Counted from the first letter of the whole stretch, positions 41,014 through 51,723 are shown. The stretch: DNA of 60,097 nt, filler included, from 5 parts of 5 records of this genome joined end to end with filler, not necessarily neighbours in it; one strand, 5' to 3'. Notes: generated by a model from the sequence alone, not told the origin. Numbers and translations are program-made.

Positions 41014-43056
41014 TTGATGGATGATGGTGTGACTGCGGTAAATCAGCAACTTGAAACCGGCCAGGTCCGTGCGACGAACCGCCGACTATGGCTGGCGACC
41101 GGGGCAGGAACCCTGGCCCTGATCGCCCTGCTGTTATGGCAGGGCTTTTTCCGTTATCCGGTGCCGGAGGCCGGTGCCTGGTTAACCCCGTGGCAGTCGT
41201 CGCCGAGCCTCGATGGCCTTTTGCTCTGGTGGGCACAGTTACCCCGAGTCGTTGCGGGCCTGATGGTCGGTGCGGGGTTGGGTATTGCCGGCGCCCTGAT
41301 GCAGCTGATTACCCGCAATCCGCTGGTGTCGCCGGATCTCCTTGGTATCACGGCGGGCGCCCAGTTTGGTGTCATCCTGGGGATGATGCTGCCCGCTGCG
41401 TTTGCCCTGCCGCTGGTTTTCCTGGGCGGCCTTTTGGCCGCCATGCTGACGTTCTTCTTTGCCGGTGGCAGTCGTACGACGCCGCTTCGCCTGGTGTTGG
41501 CCGGCATGGCCATGGCACAGATCCTATACGCCCTGTTGACGCTGTTGCTCACCCTGAATGAACGGGCGGCTTTCGTGGTGGCGATCTGGGACACGGGTTC
41601 ACTCAGCCAGTTCGGTTGGGCCAGGGTGCAACTGGCACTGTGGATGGTGCCGCCATTGTTGCTCGCCCTTGCGTTGCTGCGACGACCGCTGAACATGGCT
41701 CTGTTGGGGGATGCCCAGATGCGGGTGTTGGGGCTGTCACCCCGCATGCTTAAAGCGGTGGTTATCCTGATAGGCACGCTGCTGACTGCGCTGGCAATTC
41801 ATATCGCCGGGCCGCTGGGCTTCATCGGCCTGGTGGCGCCGAACCTGGTGCGTTACGGATTTGGCGTGCACTGGCCATCCCGGTTGTTGCCACTCGCCGC
41901 GCTCTGGGGCGGAGTGCTGACGCTGTCGGCAGATGTGCTGGTGGCTGCCGTGTCTGAGGTGATGGAGCTGCCGTTGGCAACCTTGTCAGCGGTTCTTGGC
42001 GGCATTGCGGTCATGCTGTTGTTGAGGTTGACCCGCAGTCGACAGTTTCCGATCCAGGGGACCCTGGGGTCAGGCGAGCCCACCGGGAAAAAGCTGTCCA
42101 CCGTCGCAATCGTGGCGATATTGATGATGATACTGGGCGCCGGCCTGGGCTATGGCGTGCTTGGCGGCGAGAGCATCAGCCTGGTCATGCTTATGGCGGG
42201 GGATAGCGTGGCCTGGCAGTTACTGGACCTGCGTTTGCCCCGGCTGATGGTGGATGCCGCAGGAGGTGCCTTGTTTGCCTCCAGTGGTCTGATTCTCCAG
42301 GGAGTAACCCGCAATCCACTGGCGAGCCCCAGTGTGTTGGGGGTCAGCCAGATGTCCGCACTGGCGGTCTTGGCCGGGATCATGTTGCTGCCCGAGCTCG
42401 CCCCGGCCTGGCGCCTGCCCTTTGCCTGGCTGGGAGCAACCGCGGCCCTGGCTGTCGTCATTCTGCTCAACGTTCGCCATGGCCTCGAGCCCTTGCGGCT
42501 GATTCTGACGGGCTTCGCCCTGACCGGTGTGGCGGCGGGCCTCACCAGCCTGCTGATCGGGTTTCACTCCCTGAACATCACGCTGGCGCTGATCTGGATG
42601 GCCGGGAGCAGTTACGCCACCACCTGGAGCGATGTCTGGGTCTTGTTGCCCTGGTTGTGCATCGGCCTTGGCCTCGCTCTGTTGGCGCGTCGCTGGATGG
42701 ACCTGCTGGCCCTGGGGGATGGCGTCGCGAACAGCCTGGGTGTGGGGGCTGCCCGTAAGCGCCTGCTACTGCTTGTGCTGGCCAGTTTCATGATTGCGGC
42801 GGCGGTCAGTGTGCTTGGGCCGGTGGCTTTCGTTGGGCTGCTGGTGCCTCATGCTGTGCGGTTGTTGGGCTTCTATGGCTATCGGGATCGGCTGATTGTA
42901 ACGCCACTGATGGGGGCAGCTTTGCTGATTCTGGCCGATGTGGGTGGGCAGCGGTTGCTGTCACCGCTGGATGTGCCGCTTGGCGTCATGACCGCCACCA
43001 TAGGTGCGCCGATCTTCCTGGTGCTCCTGACCCGAACCTACTTTCGTAAAGCATGA
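41014..43056 (+). CDS. fhuB: Fe(III)-hydroxamate ABC permease, fused double FecCD domain
   Basis: Two FecCD halves (LPR...TRNPL.SP..LG; GPLGFIGLVAP / GPVAFVGLLVP). Confidence 0.88.
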   Translation: MMDDGVTAVNQQLETGQVRATNRRLWLATGAGTLALIALLLWQGFFRYPVPEAGAWLTPWQSSPSLDGLLLWWAQLPRVVAGLMVGAGLGIAGALMQLITRNPLVSPDLLGITAGAQFGVILGMMLPAAFALPLVFLGGLLAAMLTFFFAGGSRTTPLRLVLAGMAMAQILYALLTLLLTLNERAAFVVAIWDTGSLSQFGWARVQLALWMVPPLLLALALLRRPLNMALLGDAQMRVLGLSPRMLKAVVILIGTLLTALAIHIAGPLGFIGLVAPNLVRYGFGVHWPSRLLPLAALWGGVLTLSADVLVAAVSEVMELPLATLSAVLGGIAVMLLLRLTRSRQFPIQGTLGSGEPTGKKLSTVAIVAILMMILGAGLGYGVLGGESISLVMLMAGDSVAWQLLDLRLPRLMVDAAGGALFASSGLILQGVTRNPLASPSVLGVSQMSALAVLAGIMLLPELAPAWRLPFAWLGATAALAVVILLNVRHGLEPLRLILTGFALTGVAAGLTSLLIGFHSLNITLALIWMAGSSYATTWSDVWVLLPWLCIGLGLALLARRWMDLLALGDGVANSLGVGAARKRLLLLVLASFMIAAAVSVLGPVAFVGLLVPHAVRLLGFYGYRDRLIVTPLMGAALLILADVGGQRLLSPLDVPLGVMTATIGAPIFLVLLTRTYFRKA

Positions 43057-43994
43057 GAGCCGGAATGAAGTTAATCGCCGCCATTGCACTCTGTCTCATA
43101 TCCCTGGTGGGGAGCGCCGAGTCGCCAAAGTCCATCGTGGCCGCGCAATCCGAAACGATTCCAGACGACCCCCTGCGAATTGTCAGCCTGGATGACCTCA
43201 CCACGGAGATTTTGCTGGGGCTGGGTATACAGCCGGTTGGCGTCGCCAACCCCGACAGCTATCGCTGGCAGGGCAAGCCGCTGGCCGACAGGCTGGATGG
43301 CGTGGTTTCACTGGGAACACCGCAACAACCTAACCTGGAGCGTTTGATCAGTCTGCAGCCCGACCTGATTCTGGGCGTCTCGAGCCTCCATGCCAGCCTG
43401 TTCGACCGCCTCGACCGGTTGGCGCCTACGTTGATGTATCGGGTCTCCCTGGAGCCGTCAACCCGTGATGCCATTGACGCTGGAACGGCCATCCTGGAGC
43501 ACCTGGCGGCGCTGACGGGGAGAGAGGCTGAGGCGCAGGCAATCATTGACCAGTTGGACCAGTCCCTGGATCAGGGGCGCCAGGTGGCGCGCGAGAGCGG
43601 CATGGCCGGAGAGCCCATCGCGGTGCTTTACCCATTGGCGGAGCAGGGGCTGTTCATTGTCTCAAACGAACAGACACTGGTTGTCAGTCTGGCGAACCGG
43701 CTTGGAGGTACCAACCCCTGGCCGTTGCGGGAAGGTCACACTATCCATCAGCGGATTGAAATCCATGCGCTTGCCAACGCACCGGACGCCCATATTTTCA
43801 TGATTGGGAACTTCAGCGGAGCAACGATGTTTGAATCCCCGTTGTGGCGGGCTTTGCCGGTGGCACGGAGCGATCACTACGGCTTTTTGGAAACCAATTA
43901 CTGGTCGTTTGGTGGGCCACTGACTGCCACCGTCATCATGAAGCAGATGATTGATGTAATGAACGGGATGGGCTCAGGCGCGCCGGCGCCCTAA
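43053..43994 (+). CDS. fhuD: Periplasmic iron-siderophore binding protein
   Basis: RIVSLD, PNLERLISLQPDLIL, LWRALPVAR motifs; signal peptide. Confidence 0.85.
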   Translation: MRAGMKLIAAIALCLISLVGSAESPKSIVAAQSETIPDDPLRIVSLDDLTTEILLGLGIQPVGVANPDSYRWQGKPLADRLDGVVSLGTPQQPNLERLISLQPDLILGVSSLHASLFDRLDRLAPTLMYRVSLEPSTRDAIDAGTAILEHLAALTGREAEAQAIIDQLDQSLDQGRQVARESGMAGEPIAVLYPLAEQGLFIVSNEQTLVVSLANRLGGTNPWPLREGHTIHQRIEIHALANAPDAHIFMIGNFSGATMFESPLWRALPVARSDHYGFLETNYWSFGGPLTATVIMKQMIDVMNGMGSGAPAP

Positions 43995-44016
43995 ATTTCC
44001 GGTCGTCCCGTTCGTC
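43992..44016 (+). promoter_or_regulatory. PvdS/OrbS-type iron-starvation ECF sigma promoter upstream of mbtH
   Basis: Exact TAAAT-N16-CGTC (TAAAT TTCCGGTCGTCCCGTT CGTC). Confidence 0.65.
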
Positions 44017-44074
44017 TTGAAGAGTAAAGGAGGGGCGGACTGCCCCTGGAGTTACTGGTCAGGCGAGGTATGTC

Positions 44075-44281
44075 ATGAGTTTTGATAGCGAGAGCACTAT
44101 TTTTCAGGTTGTCATCAACCAAGAAGAGCAATACTCCATCTGGCCAAACTACAAACCCATTCCCGAAGGCTGGAAAGCGATGGGCGTGGAGGGCGACAAG
44201 GCCACCTGTCTCGCACACATCCGTGAGGCCTGGACGGACATGCGCCCGAAAAGTCTGCGTGACGCCATGGCTGGGGGTTGA
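44075..44281 (+). CDS. mbtH: MbtH-like NRPS accessory protein
   Basis: [12 protein letters not shown]...IPEGW...WTDMRPKSL. Confidence 0.96.
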   Translation: MSFDSESTIFQVVINQEEQYSIWPNYKPIPEGWKAMGVEGDKATCLAHIREAWTDMRPKSLRDAMAGG

Positions 44282-44286
44282 GAAAG

Positions 44287-45306
44287 ATGGGCTCCAGCAT
44301 TGCCGGAAGGGCAGCCGAAGCGTTAACGATCGAGGAGGGTGTTCCGTTAAGGGGCAGCCCGCTCGCTCCTGGCATAAGCCTCGAGCAGGCTGCCGTGGCA
44401 ATCCGGGAACTGGTTGAACAGAGGCTGGAAAAGGACGGTGCCATCCTGTTTAGCGGGTTCTCTGCGCCTGGCGTCGAGGGGTTTCAGTCGTTTGCCGGTT
44501 CTTTCGGCCATCCGCTGCTTAGTTATGAGTTTGGCTCAACACCACGCAGCCAGGTGACCGGGAAGGGTGTGTATACCTCCACCGAGTATCCGGCGCACCG
44601 AAGCATTCCCCTGCACAATGAGCAGGCTTACACCACCGAATGGCCGATGCGGATCTGGTTCTATTGTGCCCAGGCGGCCGAGCAGGGTGGCGAGACCCCC
44701 ATCGCGGACAGCCGTGAGGTCTATCGCCGGATCGATCCGGTCCTGCGGCGGCGTTTCAGTGAACGGGGGCTGACCTACGTCCGCAACTATGGCAACGGCC
44801 TTGATGTGGATTGGCAGCAGGTGTTCAACACCGACAGAGCCGAGGCGGTAGAGGTTTTCTGCCGGCGGCAGGGCATTGATGTGACCTGGAAAGACGATGG
44901 CTGCCTGCGTACCTCCCAGCGCTGCCAGGCGGTCGCCCGTCACCCGCGTACCGGCGATAATGTGTGGTTTAACCAGGCGCACCTGTTCCACCTGTCGGCA
45001 CTGGATGAGGAGATGCAGGCAATCCTGCTGGAGACCGTGGGCGAGGACAATCTGCCCAGGAACGTTTACTACGGCGATGGCAGCGCCATCGAAGCCTCCG
45101 CCCTCGATGAGGTGCGGGGTGTGCTGAACGAATGCCGAGTGGTCTTCCCGTGGCGCAGCGGCGACATCCTGATGCTGGACAATATGTTGATGGCCCATGC
45201 GCGGGAACCCTTCTCTGGCCCCAGGAAAGTTGTCGTCGCCATGGCGGAAGGCCATGGCCTTACCCACAATTTACAGAGCACAACAGCCCAGGAGAAGGTC
45301 ACGTGA
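44287..45306 (+). CDS. SyrP-like TauD/TfdA Fe(II)/2-oxoglutarate dioxygenase (probable Asp beta-hydroxylase)
   Basis: VYTSTEYP..IPLHNEQAY (HxE), GGETP, WFNQAHLFH, DNMLMAHAREPF. Confidence 0.85.
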   Translation: MGSSIAGRAAEALTIEEGVPLRGSPLAPGISLEQAAVAIRELVEQRLEKDGAILFSGFSAPGVEGFQSFAGSFGHPLLSYEFGSTPRSQVTGKGVYTSTEYPAHRSIPLHNEQAYTTEWPMRIWFYCAQAAEQGGETPIADSREVYRRIDPVLRRRFSERGLTYVRNYGNGLDVDWQQVFNTDRAEAVEVFCRRQGIDVTWKDDGCLRTSQRCQAVARHPRTGDNVWFNQAHLFHLSALDEEMQAILLETVGEDNLPRNVYYGDGSAIEASALDEVRGVLNECRVVFPWRSGDILMLDNMLMAHAREPFSGPRKVVVAMAEGHGLTHNLQSTTAQEKVT

Positions 45307-45929
45307 TTACAGCCGATACACTGGAACAGCCGGGCACGCCGGTGCGGCCGGCGAAACCCGTTGGCGAGGTCTACCGTCGCCACGATGCCAAGCTGGACAG
45401 CTGGATTTCTTTCCGCACTCTGGATATCCGGGAGGATCTGGAGCGTTTCAACCGCTGGCAGAATTCTCCAAGGGTCGAGTTTTTCTGGGAGGAGAGCGGG
45501 TCGCTGGAGGAGCATCGCACCCACCTGGAAGCCCTGGCCAAGGATCCCCATTGCCTGCAACTGATCGGCTGTTTCGATGACGAACCGTTTGGCTTTTTCG
45601 ATGTCTACTGGGCACAGGAAGATCGTATCGGACCCCATTGTGAAGCCGGACTGCATGATCGTGGAATCCATATGCTGGTAGGGGAGGACCATCATCGTGG
45701 CCCTCATAAAGTGGCCTGTTGGCTGCCTTCGCTGGTCCATTATCTGTTTTTGGACGAACCCCGGACGCAGAGGATTGTCTCCGAACCCCGATCCGACAAC
45801 GACCGCATGATCAATCATTTGATAAATACCGGTTTCGACCGGGTCCGGGATTTCGACTTTCCTCACAAACGTGCCGCACTCATGTCGCTTTCCCGGGAAC
45901 GCTTCTTTGAACGGTCCCCGATATGTTAG
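45303..45929 (+). CDS. Siderophore N-hydroxy-amino-acid acetyltransferase (IucB/AlcB-like GNAT)
   Basis: RWQNSPRV.FFW, YWAQEDRIG, DRGIHMLVGE, EPRSDN, FDFPHKRAAL; GTG start overlapping the upstream stop. Confidence 0.87.
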   Translation: MITADTLEQPGTPVRPAKPVGEVYRRHDAKLDSWISFRTLDIREDLERFNRWQNSPRVEFFWEESGSLEEHRTHLEALAKDPHCLQLIGCFDDEPFGFFDVYWAQEDRIGPHCEAGLHDRGIHMLVGEDHHRGPHKVACWLPSLVHYLFLDEPRTQRIVSEPRSDNDRMINHLINTGFDRVRDFDFPHKRAALMSLSRERFFERSPIC

Positions 45930-45966
45930 GTTCGTGCCTCTCAACCCGCTTTACGCAGCCTGATTC

Positions 45967-46737
45967 ATGACCATTCGTGCGCTTGCCCCGCTGTTCGTCG
46001 GGGATTTCGAACACTACCGGGACGTACTGGTTCTGCCGGATGATCCCCGGCCGAGCTTTCCCGCCCGCGAGTTGATATCCGCCGATGGTCTGGCCTGGCT
46101 GCTGGATTATTATCGTCGATTCCAGCCCGGTGATGACCGTCGGGCACTGGTGTCACAATGGTCGCGGTATTACTTCGTGAAGCTGAGTGTACCCACGGTG
46201 GCGGCGAACCTGGTATTGGGGCATGAGTTGCCCGTAGAGCTGGACACGCTGGAAGTGATCCTGGGAGACGAGGGCCTGCCGGAAGCCTTCCGACTGCCCC
46301 ATGAGGGGAAACCCTTTGCGAAGAAGCCCGAAGGGCCATTTGAGCGCTTTGGGACATTGTTGGATGGCAACTTCGAGCCACTTATCGAGGGTTGGAACCA
46401 GCAAGTAAAACTGTCCAGGAAGGTGCTCTGGAACAATGCAGCGAACTACGTTGAGTGGCTGGTCAATGCCATGGCTGGTCTTGGATTGCCCGCGACAATG
46501 CTTGCCGATGGTAAGCGGCTGATTGAGTCGGAGCGACACCCGGATGGTCGCAAAAACCCGATGTTCAGCCCGGTACGCTATGTGGAGCGCAGCTCCGGAC
46601 CCTCGCCCCTGCGCCAGCGGCGCCAGTGTTGTATCCGTTATCGGCTACCGGACCTGGCGTTGTGTGAGAACTGTCCCCACATTGACAGGCCACCCAAGGG
46701 CGCCCGGCTGCCGGAAAGCCTGGTCGAGCAGGCCTGA
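45967..46737 (+). CDS. fhuF: Ferric-siderophore reductase
   Basis: C-terminal CC-x10-C-x2-C [2Fe-2S] motif (RRQCCIRYRLPDLALCENCP); ALVSQWSRYYF. Confidence 0.9.
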   Translation: MTIRALAPLFVGDFEHYRDVLVLPDDPRPSFPARELISADGLAWLLDYYRRFQPGDDRRALVSQWSRYYFVKLSVPTVAANLVLGHELPVELDTLEVILGDEGLPEAFRLPHEGKPFAKKPEGPFERFGTLLDGNFEPLIEGWNQQVKLSRKVLWNNAANYVEWLVNAMAGLGLPATMLADGKRLIESERHPDGRKNPMFSPVRYVERSSGPSPLRQRRQCCIRYRLPDLALCENCPHIDRPPKGARLPESLVEQA

Positions 46738-46768
46738 TGCCAATCGGCAGGGCGCCAATAGGTCGTTG

Positions 46769-47536
46769 TCAGGCGATGGCAATGTGTGCCCCATCGTTAT
46801 GGGGGTGAGGCATGACAGACATGGAAATGCCGTAGATGGATTCCAGTGTGCTGGTGTTCATCAGCTCTTTGGGCGCACCCTGCGTCAGTAACGTTCCGCT
46901 GTGAAGTGCGACCAGGTGGTCACAGTAGGTGGCGGCCATATTGATGTCGTGCAGAACCACAACAACCCCCATGTCCAGTTCCCTGCCCAGGTTGCGAACC
47001 AGCGACAGGACTTCCACCTGGTGGGCGATATCAAGTGCCGAAGTAGGTTCGTCCAGCAGCAGGTACCGGGCGTTCTGGGCGATCAACATGGCCAGCCAGA
47101 CCCGCTGGCGCTCGCCCCCGGACAGTTCATCGACGTTGCGGTGGGCAAACTGTTCCGTATCCGTCAGCGCCATGGCTCGGTCCACCTGGGCCCAGTCTTC
47201 GGAGGAAAAGCGTCCAAGTGCGCCATGCCAGGGGTAGCGGCCGAAACGTATCAGATCGATAACACGCAGGCCTTCGGTCGGTGGCAGCTGCTGGGGCAGG
47301 TAGGCAATCTGCCTGGCCAGAGGTTTGTCGCCCCACGACGCCAACGGTTTGCCCTCAAGGGAAACCTGGCCTGACGTCGGCGTCAGTTGGCGGGCGAGCA
47401 GTTTTACCAGCGTGGATTTTCCAGAACCGTTGTGCCCGATCAGCCCAACCACCTGTCCGTGCTTGATGGTCAGGTCAATCGGGTGGAGCAGAGTCTTGCC
47501 ATTGATCTGCCAACTGACAGCGTCCAGTTCAAACAT
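46769..47536 (-). CDS. fhuC: Fe(III)-hydroxamate ABC transporter ATPase
   Basis: GHNGSGKST, LSGGERQR, LLLDEPTSALD, VLHDINMA. Confidence 0.92.
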   Translation of the reverse strand: MFELDAVSWQINGKTLLHPIDLTIKHGQVVGLIGHNGSGKSTLVKLLARQLTPTSGQVSLEGKPLASWGDKPLARQIAYLPQQLPPTEGLRVIDLIRFGRYPWHGALGRFSSEDWAQVDRAMALTDTEQFAHRNVDELSGGERQRVWLAMLIAQNARYLLLDEPTSALDIAHQVEVLSLVRNLGRELDMGVVVVLHDINMAATYCDHLVALHSGTLLTQGAPKELMNTSTLESIYGISMSVMPHPHNDGAHIAIA

Positions 47537-47577
47537 AGTGCCTCTGGCGGGAGATTGAGAGAAACCGTGATGCTATC

Positions 47578-47600
47578 TCAAATGGTAATGGTTATCAATT
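47578..47600 (-). promoter_or_regulatory. Fur box upstream of fhuC
   Basis: Minus strand GATAACCATTACCATTTGA resembles GATAATGATAATCATTATC. Confidence 0.65.
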
Positions 47601-48323
47601 GTGGTGGTTGGCGGTGACAACGATCAGGCTGATCAGGCGGTTTTGTTCCTGCACGAACCGGGCGTCCAGTTCCGTCTCCGCTGGCCAGTGTTCGGAAAGG
47701 TGGGTGAGCAGACGCAATCGGGCGGTGCCGTCCGGGGCCCATGACAGCACTTCCGCGTGCTCGAAGTAAAAGCGCTTCTGAACCAGGGGGTACAGCGCCT
47801 TGAAGAGCGTTTCCTTGAGGCAGAAAACCAGAGTGATGAAATGCCCCGCCTGATTGGCCAGCTCGGAACGAAACCGTGCCTGTTCAGAGGGCGTCAGGAT
47901 TTGCCGGCACAGTGGCAGGGCGCGTTCATCGGGCATGATGATTTCCGCGTCCAGGCCAAGTCCGGCGTAGTCCTGTTGCTGGCCGATAACCGCAGCGGCC
48001 CAACCCTGGGTGTGGGTGATCGAGCCCACGCAGCCTGTCGGCCATACCGGGGCCCGGTCATCGCCGAGGGCCGGTACCACCGGTTGTCCCGTGGCGCGCA
48101 GCAAGCCTTCGCGGGCGCAGAAACGGCCGGCCAGGTATTCCGCCTGGCGTTTCGCAACGGCCCTTTCCACGGACGGTGGTGGGACGATGTCACTGATCGT
48201 AAAGTCGTCGGGTTTAAGATTATCGGGATCAAAGTCCAGGCTGATCAGCTGCAGCCCCGGCAACGATTGCGGCCAGGGCCATCGGTCGTCCGGGGTGCTA
48301 CAGCATGCTGGCAGGAGGCTCAC
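47595..48323 (-). CDS. 4'-phosphopantetheinyl transferase (EntD/Sfp-type)
   Basis: KRQAEYLAGR, APVWP..GSITH, GLGLDAE, FCLKETLFKA. Confidence 0.92.
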   Translation of the reverse strand: MSLLPACCSTPDDRWPWPQSLPGLQLISLDFDPDNLKPDDFTISDIVPPPSVERAVAKRQAEYLAGRFCAREGLLRATGQPVVPALGDDRAPVWPTGCVGSITHTQGWAAAVIGQQQDYAGLGLDAEIIMPDERALPLCRQILTPSEQARFRSELANQAGHFITLVFCLKETLFKALYPLVQKRFYFEHAEVLSWAPDGTARLRLLTHLSEHWPAETELDARFVQEQNRLISLIVVTANHHN

Positions 48324-48344
48324 CGTTAAAACGCTCCGGCCTGG

Positions 48345-49436
48345 TCAGACATTGAACCGGAAGTGGACTACGTCGCCGTCCTGGACGATGTATTCCTTGC
48401 CCTCAAGACGCCACTTGCCGGCCTCCTTGGCTCCGGCTTCGCCGTTGTAGTGGACGAAGTCCTCGTAGCCCACCACTTCCGCGCGGATGAAGCCGCGTTC
48501 GAAGTCGGTATGGATCACGCCGGCCGCCTGTGGTGCGGTAGCGCCCACTTTTACCGTCCACGCGCGAACTTCCTTCACCCCTGCGGTAAAGTAGGTCTGA
48601 AGGTTCAGCAGGCCGTAGCCGCCGCGGATGACCCGGTCCAGGCCGGGTTCGTCCATGCCCATTTCTTCCAGGAACATGGATTTCTCATCGTCTTCCAGTT
48701 CGGAGATTTCGGCTTCTATCTTGTTACAGATAGGCACCACAACCGCGTTCTCGGATTCCGCGATCTTTTTCACGGTGTCCAGGTGAGGGTTGTTCTCGAA
48801 CCCGTCTTCGCTGACGTTAGCAATGTACATGGTCGGCTTGACGGTGAGCAGGCAGAGCTCGCGGATCAGTGCCATCTTTTCTTTGTCGAGATTCATGCTG
48901 CGAACCGGTTTGCCTTCGTTCAGCACCGGAAGCAGGGTGTCGAAGACTTCAAGCTGGGCCTTGGCTTCTTTGTCGCCGCTTTTTGCAACGCGCTGAACCC
49001 GTTTGATGGCTTTCTCGACGGTTTCCAGGTCAGCCAGCGCCAGCTCTGTGTTGATGATTTCGATATCCGAGGCCGGGTCAATCTTGTTGGCAACGTGAAT
49101 GACGTTGTCGTCCTCAAAACAACGCACCACATGGGCAATGGCGTCGGTCTGGCGGATGTTGGCCAGAAACTGGTTGCCCAGCCCTTCACCCTTCGAGGCG
49201 CCTTCTACCAGGCCGGCGATATCCACGAATTCCATCGTGGTTGCCACGACCTTTTCCGGCTTAACGATCTCGGCGAGCTTATTGAGGCGGGGGTCGGGCA
49301 TAGCCACGACGCCAGCGTTAGGCTCAATGGTGCAGAAGGGAAAGTTTTCCGCACCAATGCCAGATTTGGTCAACGCGTTGAACAGGGTGGATTTGCCGAC
49401 GTTGGGAAGGCCGACGATGCCGCAGTTAAATCCCAT
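48345..49436 (-). CDS. ychF: Ribosome-associated ATPase YchF
   Basis: [35 protein letters not shown]-terminal TGS domain ending FRFNV. Confidence 0.98.
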   Translation of the reverse strand: MGFNCGIVGLPNVGKSTLFNALTKSGIGAENFPFCTIEPNAGVVAMPDPRLNKLAEIVKPEKVVATTMEFVDIAGLVEGASKGEGLGNQFLANIRQTDAIAHVVRCFEDDNVIHVANKIDPASDIEIINTELALADLETVEKAIKRVQRVAKSGDKEAKAQLEVFDTLLPVLNEGKPVRSMNLDKEKMALIRELCLLTVKPTMYIANVSEDGFENNPHLDTVKKIAESENAVVVPICNKIEAEISELEDDEKSMFLEEMGMDEPGLDRVIRGGYGLLNLQTYFTAGVKEVRAWTVKVGATAPQAAGVIHTDFERGFIRAEVVGYEDFVHYNGEAGAKEAGKWRLEGKEYIVQDGDVVHFRFNV

Positions 49437-49473
49437 GGAATGCCTCTGCTGGTGCTGGAAAAATTTGGGCGAA

Positions 49474-50061
<588 letters not shown>

Positions 50062-50091
50062 CTGCCGTTGCCCTCATCCGTACAGGAGCGA

Positions 50092-50739
50092 TTACTCCTT
50101 GTCTTCGCCTTCTTCGCCTTCCTCACCGTCTTCGCCTTCGTCGTCAACCTTGGCGCCGCGCGGCTTGTGGATGGCAACAACCGGCAGGTCGTGATCTTCA
50201 CCCTGGAGCAGGGCAGCCACACGAACGCCTTTCGGCAGTTTGAGGTCGCTCAGGTGAACAACCTGGTCCATTTCCACTTCAGCCATGTCGACTTCGAGGA
50301 ACTCAGGCAGGTTCTGCGGCAGACAGATGACTTCCACTTCGTTGATCTGGTGGTTGGCAACGCCGCCCTGGAGCTTGATGGCCGGTGCAGAGTCTTCGTT
50401 CAGGAAGTGCAGCGGTACGTTAACGTGGATCTCGTGATCCTTGTCAACGCGCAGGAAGTCAGCGTGGGTCAGCAGCGGCTTGTACGGGTGACGCTGGAGA
50501 TCCTTCAGGATCACGCTTTCTTTCTTGCCTTCCAGTTCGATGGTCAGAACGTGAGAGAAGAAGGCTTCGTTTTCCAGAGCTTTTTTCAGCTCGTTGTGCC
50601 AGATGGAGATCGAAACGGCTTCTTTCTTTCCGCCATAAATGATGGCCGGAATTTTACGCTCCTCACGACGCAGGCGGCGGCTCGCACCTCTCCCCTGATC
50701 GCCACGAGGAAATGCTTCGATAAGAAATTCCTGAGACAT
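50092..50739 (-). CDS. rplY: 50S ribosomal protein L25/general stress protein Ctc
   Basis: [28 protein letters not shown] at 50739 with GAGG RBS. Confidence 0.96.
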   Translation of the reverse strand: MSQEFLIEAFPRGDQGRGASRRLRREERKIPAIIYGGKKEAVSISIWHNELKKALENEAFFSHVLTIELEGKKESVILKDLQRHPYKPLLTHADFLRVDKDHEIHVNVPLHFLNEDSAPAIKLQGGVANHQINEVEVICLPQNLPEFLEVDMAEVEMDQVVHLSDLKLPKGVRVAALLQGEDHDLPVVAIHKPRGAKVDDEGEDGEEGEEGEDKE

Positions 50740-50744
50740 GGTTA

Positions 50745-50800
50745 TAACCTCAATTTTCACCAGAGCGGCCCGCGACCAGGTCCTGAACCGGTGACATTTT
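50745..50800 (-). promoter_or_regulatory. Probable rplY (L25) leader structure
   Basis: CTGGTCGCGG motif typical of gammaproteobacterial rplY 5' UTRs (recalled, not modelled). Confidence 0.45.
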
Positions 50801-50832
50801 CGATATGCCGGAAGCTTTTCCGGCGGACTAAA

Positions 50833-50863
50833 CAGACCGGGAGCCCACTGGGCTCCCGGTCTG
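50833..50863 (-). terminator. Intrinsic terminator-like hairpin after prs
   Basis: CAGACCGGGAGCCC-ACT-GGGCTCCCGGTCTG perfect 14-bp stem followed by TTT on the minus strand. Confidence 0.75.
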
Positions 50864-50895
50864 GATTCTTTTCACTAAATCAGGCGGTTAGCTGA

Positions 50896-51441
50896 TCAGG
50901 CGTTCTCAAACATCGCGCTGATGGACTCTTCGTTGCTGACGCGACGAATGGATTCCGCAAGCAGTCCAGCCATAGTGAGGATGCGGATCTTATCACAATT
51001 ACGCGCTTTGTCACCCAGCGGGATGGTGTCGCAGACAACCAGTTCGTCCAGCTCAGAGGCGTTGAGGTTGTCAACGGCGGGGCCTGAAAGGACGGGGTGG
51101 GTGATGTAGGCAACCACGCGAGCAGCACCATGTTCCTTCAGGGCGTTGGCGGCCTTGCAGAGGGTGCCGGCGGTGTCGATGATGTCATCCACCAGGATAC
51201 AGGTCTTGTCTTTTACATCGCCGATGATGTGCATAACCTGTGACACGTTGGCCTTGGGACGGCGTTTGTCGATGATGGCCAGGTCGGCGTCGTCCAGGCG
51301 TTTGGCCACGGCGCGGGCACGAACAACGCCGCCCACGTCAGGAGATACCACGACAAAGTTTTCAAAGCGCTGCTTCTCGATATCCTCAAGCATGACCGGG
51401 GTGGCATAGATGTTGTCCACCGGAATGTCGAAGAAGCCCTG
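50896..51441 (-). CDS. prs: Ribose-phosphate pyrophosphokinase (5' truncated)
   Basis: [36 protein letters not shown]. Confidence 0.97.
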   Translation of the reverse strand, partial: QGFFDIPVDNIYATPVMLEDIEKQRFENFVVVSPDVGGVVRARAVAKRLDDADLAIIDKRRPKANVSQVMHIIGDVKDKTCILVDDIIDTAGTLCKAANALKEHGAARVVAYITHPVLSGPAVDNLNASELDELVVCDTIPLGDKARNCDKIRILTMAGLLAESIRRVSNEESISAMFENA

Positions 51442-51541
51442 NNNNNNNNNNNNNNNNNNNNNNNNNNNNNNNNNNNNNNNNNNNNTTAATTAATTAANNN
51501 NNNNNNNNNNNNNNNNNNNNNNNNNNNNNNNNNNNNNNNNN
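51442..51541. other. Artificial contig-joining spacer
   Basis: N-run + TTAATTAATTAA + N-run. Confidence 0.98.
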
Positions 51542-51582
51542 GAAGGCAGAGGTCAGAGGTTCGAATCCTCTTGGGTGCGCCA
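51542..51582 (+). tRNA. 3' half of a tRNA, most likely tRNA-Arg(CCG), truncated by the contig edge
   Basis: GAAGGCAGAGGTCAGAGGTTCGAATCCTCTTGGGTGCGCCA: T-arm GGTTCGAATCC, acceptor strand and CCA; anticodon itself is cut off. Confidence 0.8.
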
Positions 51583-51723
51583 TTCCTGCTTCTTCGTCGG
51601 GGGGTTGGCTTGAGGTTGCATCCTGAAGCGTGGCGCCTCCAATATTTCAACATCTGTTGAAATTTAATGACGCGCCTCCACATGCACGGCAACGCACCCA
51701 TCTCACGAAGGTCCAAGCCGTTT

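Noticed and set aside
45132-45302. N-terminal extension of the acetyltransferase in the ORF track
   Set aside because: Overlaps the dioxygenase by ~170 nt; the GTG at 45303, coupled to the upstream stop with a GGAGAAGG RBS, is the better start.
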